From assembly GCA_050273025.1 (NCBI GenBank), contig CP158635.1, positions 23,188,001-23,252,000 of the forward strand: DNA of 64,000 nt, given 5' to 3'. Both the position numbers and the translations under genes were made by a program. This stretch comes from Cenococcum geophilum. Lineage: Eukaryota. The first letter of the stretch is position 1. Each line of letters opens with the position of its first letter. Below, in pieces: positions 59,522-64,000 of the stretch. The notes beneath the pieces were generated by a model. That model searched no databases, had not been told where the DNA came from, and saw only the letters and a list, made by a program, of their open reading frames with translations.

Positions 59522-62500
59522 TATTATAATATATATATTCTGCACGTTATTAAAGCATACCAATACTAATTAGTAAGCGCGTATAGATTAGGAAATATGT
59601 ATTAGTTTAGAAGATATCTAACGCTCCACCTTATAACGGCCTTATTTTAGTTAAAGAGAGTACTAAGGACAATCTGGAAGCTTAATAGCTTGCCGTCGCC
59701 TATAGACCCTTATTACTGCTAAGAATTAAATAATACACTCTAGATTTAGAAGGATATTGCTTCCCACCTTATTAAAAGTTAAGTTTTTAATAACTTATAT
59801 TAACTACCCTTACTCCTTTCTTACAAATACTATAAACACTCTCTCTCTATAAATACTAACACCCTCTATTAACAACCTCTTTATAACTAGACAAGATGGC
59901 TACACCTATAGACTAGAAGGCAGAAGTAGAGTAATAGAAGAATAGAATTAATATATAAACTATAACCAATAATAATATTATAAACTATATTTAGTTTAAG
60001 ATATAGGAATATAATAATAATAACTCTGTTAATAGCGCTTTATAGGACTACTTTTAAAAAGACTTTAAAGAGTTTATTATAGATACATTCTCTTAAGCTA
60101 GCACTAAAACCCTTAAGAATCTTTTCCTCCTTCTTTATAAAGGAGGAGTATACGTATATAAGAACGATAAACATACTAAGCTTGCATAAGTTTTGGCTAA
60201 TATACTACTTAAAAAAACTTAATATAAATAAAGCCAAGAAGAATTTAATAAAGCCTATAAGGAGCAATTTAATGGTACCTTTAAGTCTAATATACTTACT
60301 AATATATTTATACGCGGCTTAAAACATAAGACTGCATAAACCCTTATACCTTAATTAATACCCAAAAGCACACCTATAACAACTCCACTAATGTCTTAAA
60401 TAACTCCGCCTTTAAGTCTACTACTCCTACCTCCATAGGCTATAATACCTACTACTACTATACCCGTTGCCATAGCACCTACTTCTATACTAGGGTATAG
60501 AAAGGAACTAGCGAATGCAGCTAAGTTATATACGGATGACTAGAAATACAGTGGTACTAGCGGAAACTTTAACTTTAAGTTAATAATCTTCTACGATATC
60601 TATAATAGAGCAGACGTTCCACCCAATACCTACCTTAAGGCTCTCCTACTTATGCTATAAGGCCTAGCTCTAAATTACTACTATAATACTAGACTTACCA
60701 CACTTACGTTTAAGGACGTTTATAAGTTACTTTATAGCTTCTTTAGAGGACCTAGTTCTAAACGTAAAAGCCTTAACAAATGGAATTTAATATCACTATA
60801 GACAGTTATATAAAAGAATGCGGACAAATTAACCAGTTAATATCTTTAGATACTAGTTACTAAACTCTCTTAACTACAGCATAGACTGAATTTAGAACTA
60901 TAAGGAGTCCCATTCCTCTATAATAAGCTTGTTATATCTTGTTAGGGGATTCCCGTATATTAAATTACTATATTAGATCCACTAGATAAACTAGGCCCCC
61001 TTATTAATAAACTATAATCCTTAATTACGGCTTATAAAAAGCAGAACTTAGAATAAGTTTAAGCCTATTATATAGACCGCTAATACCTTAGAAGGAGAGA
61101 TAACTATAACTAAAATTGCAATCGTAATTAACCTTGATTCCCTCCTTAATATAAACTATGTTACTTTATATATAATAAGGAGGACTATTGCTTATAGAAG
61201 TATAGTAAGGAAGAATAAGAAGAGACAAAGGCTTAGTTTAGAAGTATTAATAAGGATAAGTTTAACAAGTTTAATAATCGCTTTACTTAACGCCTTAATT
61301 AATATATCGCCGACTATAAGGACAATAATAGTATTAACTTAAAAGAAGAGCTTAAAGAAGTCTTTTATATACTAACTATTAATGTAAGTACTAAGACAGT
61401 TAACCAGAATAATTAGTTACACATTAATTACTTCTATACATCCTTTAGTTAAATTAAGCAATAGGAAGCAACCCTTATGGCTACTAACTTAGTAAATAAG
61501 GCCTTTAGTTATTTAGTTATAACTACAGATAGCGTAACTCCTTTTATATAAACACCTCTTGTAACTAATAAAGACCTATTTACTTATAACATAACTACGT
61601 TCCGCTATACTACAGACCACTTTCTAGGTATTATAATTAATATAGGAGCCTCTAAACGCTCTACGGTAGGATATAGTTAGTTCTTAGCATTTTAAAGACT
61701 TAATACTAATATATAACTTAATATAACTACGTAAGGCATAGTTAACGTATAATTCGGTATTAGATTAACCTCATTAATTAGATCAGCTAAAGTAGCTACC
61801 CCTATTAGCACAATCAAGTTTTATATTATTAAGGTTAATACCCCATTTTTACTTTACTTAGCAGATATAGACCACCTATAAGTATATTTTAATAACTTAA
61901 AGAACTTGCTGGTTATATCTCGCAGTATAGTACTAGTTATATATCGTTTTAGCCACCCTTTCCTACTTTAAAATACATCCCTATATACTTATTTAACTAA
62001 GTTATTTAAGTAAAACCCTTACTACTTAACTAATGTAGAACTGAAACGACTATATCGCCGTTTTGGCCACCCTTTAGTTAAGCGCCTTACGCAAGTACTT
62101 AAGCGCTTAAGATACAATGTTAACAGTAAGACCTTAAACTATCTTATACGCTACTACCATCATTGTTAAAAACATAGAAAATCACCTAGTAGATTCAGAT
62201 TTACAATACGTAATGATATTAATTTTAACTACTTAATTATAGTTAACATTATGTATATTAACGGCGCACCCCTTCTATATATTATTAATAAAGGAATATA
62301 ATTTTAAGCTAGTAGATAGCTATAAAGTATTAGCGCCAAACATACATAGGATATACTATAAATGTGCTAGATCGACATATATTTGGGACCTCCTAATATA
62401 ATTACACATAATGCAGGCAAGAACTTCGTAAGTAAGAAATTTAAGTAGTATGCTATAACATTTAGAACAATTACAAAAAGCGTACCCGTTAAAGCCTATA

Positions 62501-64000
62501 ACTTAATTGGAATGGTAGAACGCTATTATAGTCCCCTTCGCCGTATATACCGTATTATTACCACGGAACTACTAGACATTAATAAAGACATAGCTCTATA
62601 AATGGCTTTTAAGGCAATTAACGATTTAGTAGGCCCTAACGGCCTTATACCCACCTTGCTAGTATTTGGAGCTTACCTGTGTATAGTGGAATCCGATGCA
62701 CCTAACCCTATAGTTATATAACGAGCTACAGCCCTTAGAAAAGCCATAGAAGAAGTTAAGAAGATTAGAGCCGAATATTAAGTAGCAGATGCTTTTAATA
62801 TATATAACGGCCCTAAAACAACCGTAATTTACGACCTACTACTTAACTTACTTATACTGGTATGGAGAGAAGGACCTATAGGCTAGCCTAGTTTCTAGTT
62901 AGGTCCCTATAATCTACTTAATATTAATAATAAGACCTATACTATACAACTCCCCTACGGCCCTATTAACTTTCGCAGTATAGTTATAAAACTATACTTA
63001 TAAGAACCTAGAGATATAGAGGACGTATAACCTAATAACGAGAACAAACTACCTTAGTTAATTGTAAAACCACCTTAGGAACCTTAACCAGTTAAGCGAG
63101 GATAAGGTAGACCACGCAAGTATCCTATTATAGTTAATACTATAAATATATCTATATACTTATAAGATAAGAATAAGACTAATAGTTAGTTTACAGCCTT
63201 ATAACAGAAAGAGGTTAAAGGACTACTTAAGAAAGGAGTCTTTAAATTGGTTAATATTAAGGACGTACCTAAAGGCAATAGAGTATTTAACTCTAGATTT
63301 GTTAATAAAATTAAGAATCCTAGTACTAATAAGGCCTTTAAGAAATTAAGACTAGTTATATAGGCCTATAACAACCCAGAAAAAGACCTTATACTAACCT
63401 AATTACCTATAATTTAACGAGTTAGCCAACGCCTTATTCTCTGTATTATGGCTATAACCCAGACTAATAATATACACCTTTACTTACGAGACATCTTATA
63501 AGCCTACGTTTAGTTAATTATAAAACTAAATTAAGACTTCTATATCCGAGCACCTCTTAAACTCGGTATAGCACTTAAAGTCTTATAAGACACAATCCTT
63601 AAGGTCGTTAGACCTTTATACGGCATCCTAAAAGCAGGCAATTATTAGTTTAAGACCTATTATAACCACTATACTAAGGAGTTAAATATAAACCAATCCA
63701 CTTACGACCCCTACTTACTCTACCTTAATAATTCTATAAGCTTTGGAATAGTTGGCCTTTAGACTAATAATACCCTCTTCTTAGCTAATTTGGTTTTTGC
63801 AACTTTAAAATAAAAAAAAATTAAGAAAGCAAAGTTTTTAACTAAGGAATATAAGTACCTTATACTAGAGCACCTAATTAAGTTTAATAGAGGCATTATT
63901 TAACAATAGGACTATGCAATTATACTTATATAGGAGCGCCAATACTAGAACCTAACCCTTATTAATATTAAGGAAGCTATTATAACAACTAGCTCTAGAG
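59522..64000 (+). mobile_element. Ty1/Copia LTR retrotransposon, RIP-inactivated, running off the window end
   Basis: Degraded polyprotein from about 59896 in the order gag, protease (IxxGAS about 61635), GAG-pre-integrase (RRFGHP about 62055), integrase (GMVERYY), RT (KxRLVxQ, RPLYGIPxAGNxWF about 63610); 5' LTR boundary approximate. Confidence 0.88.

Noticed and set aside
46943..64000. Starship/giant-transposon interpretation of the right-hand block
   Set aside because: No tyrosine-recombinase captain gene recognisable; the size is explained by nested Gypsy, pogo and Copia inserts

Overview
Eukaryotic DNA from a filamentous ascomycete (spliceosomal introns with CTRAC branch points; repeats show the TpA-rich, CpA/TpG-poor signature of repeat-induced point mutation, RIP). 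It alternates between RIP-degraded transposon blocks (1-3.1 kb, 5.2-25.2 kb, 46.9-64 kb) and single-copy genes. Intact genes: a secreted GH131-like glucanase, an IRS4-like EH-domain protein, DNA ligase IV and FMP27/Hobbit. Degenerate genes: a ferric-reductase remnant and a Kre9/KNH-like membrane protein. A fungal NLR (HeLo-like N-terminus, NACHT, ankyrin repeats) is spread over about 19.7 kb. It is split by two hAT insertions with 8-bp TSDs and carries four RIP-type start/stop mutations. The second hAT holds a four-level nest (hAT > LINE > Gypsy > solo LTR and CMC-type MITE), and every junction has a readable TSD. The most unusual object is a DNA-transposon family with TTACCTCAGCGAGCTCAGAC termini and folded, hairpin/T-shaped ends. 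It occurs as a 1.4-kb non-autonomous copy with an 8-9-bp TSD and as a large copy with a DUF6589-like ORF and a Cys-rich second ORF. Two Gypsy families show covarying Tf1-type self-priming sites. All family assignments come from motifs read by eye; no database searches were run.
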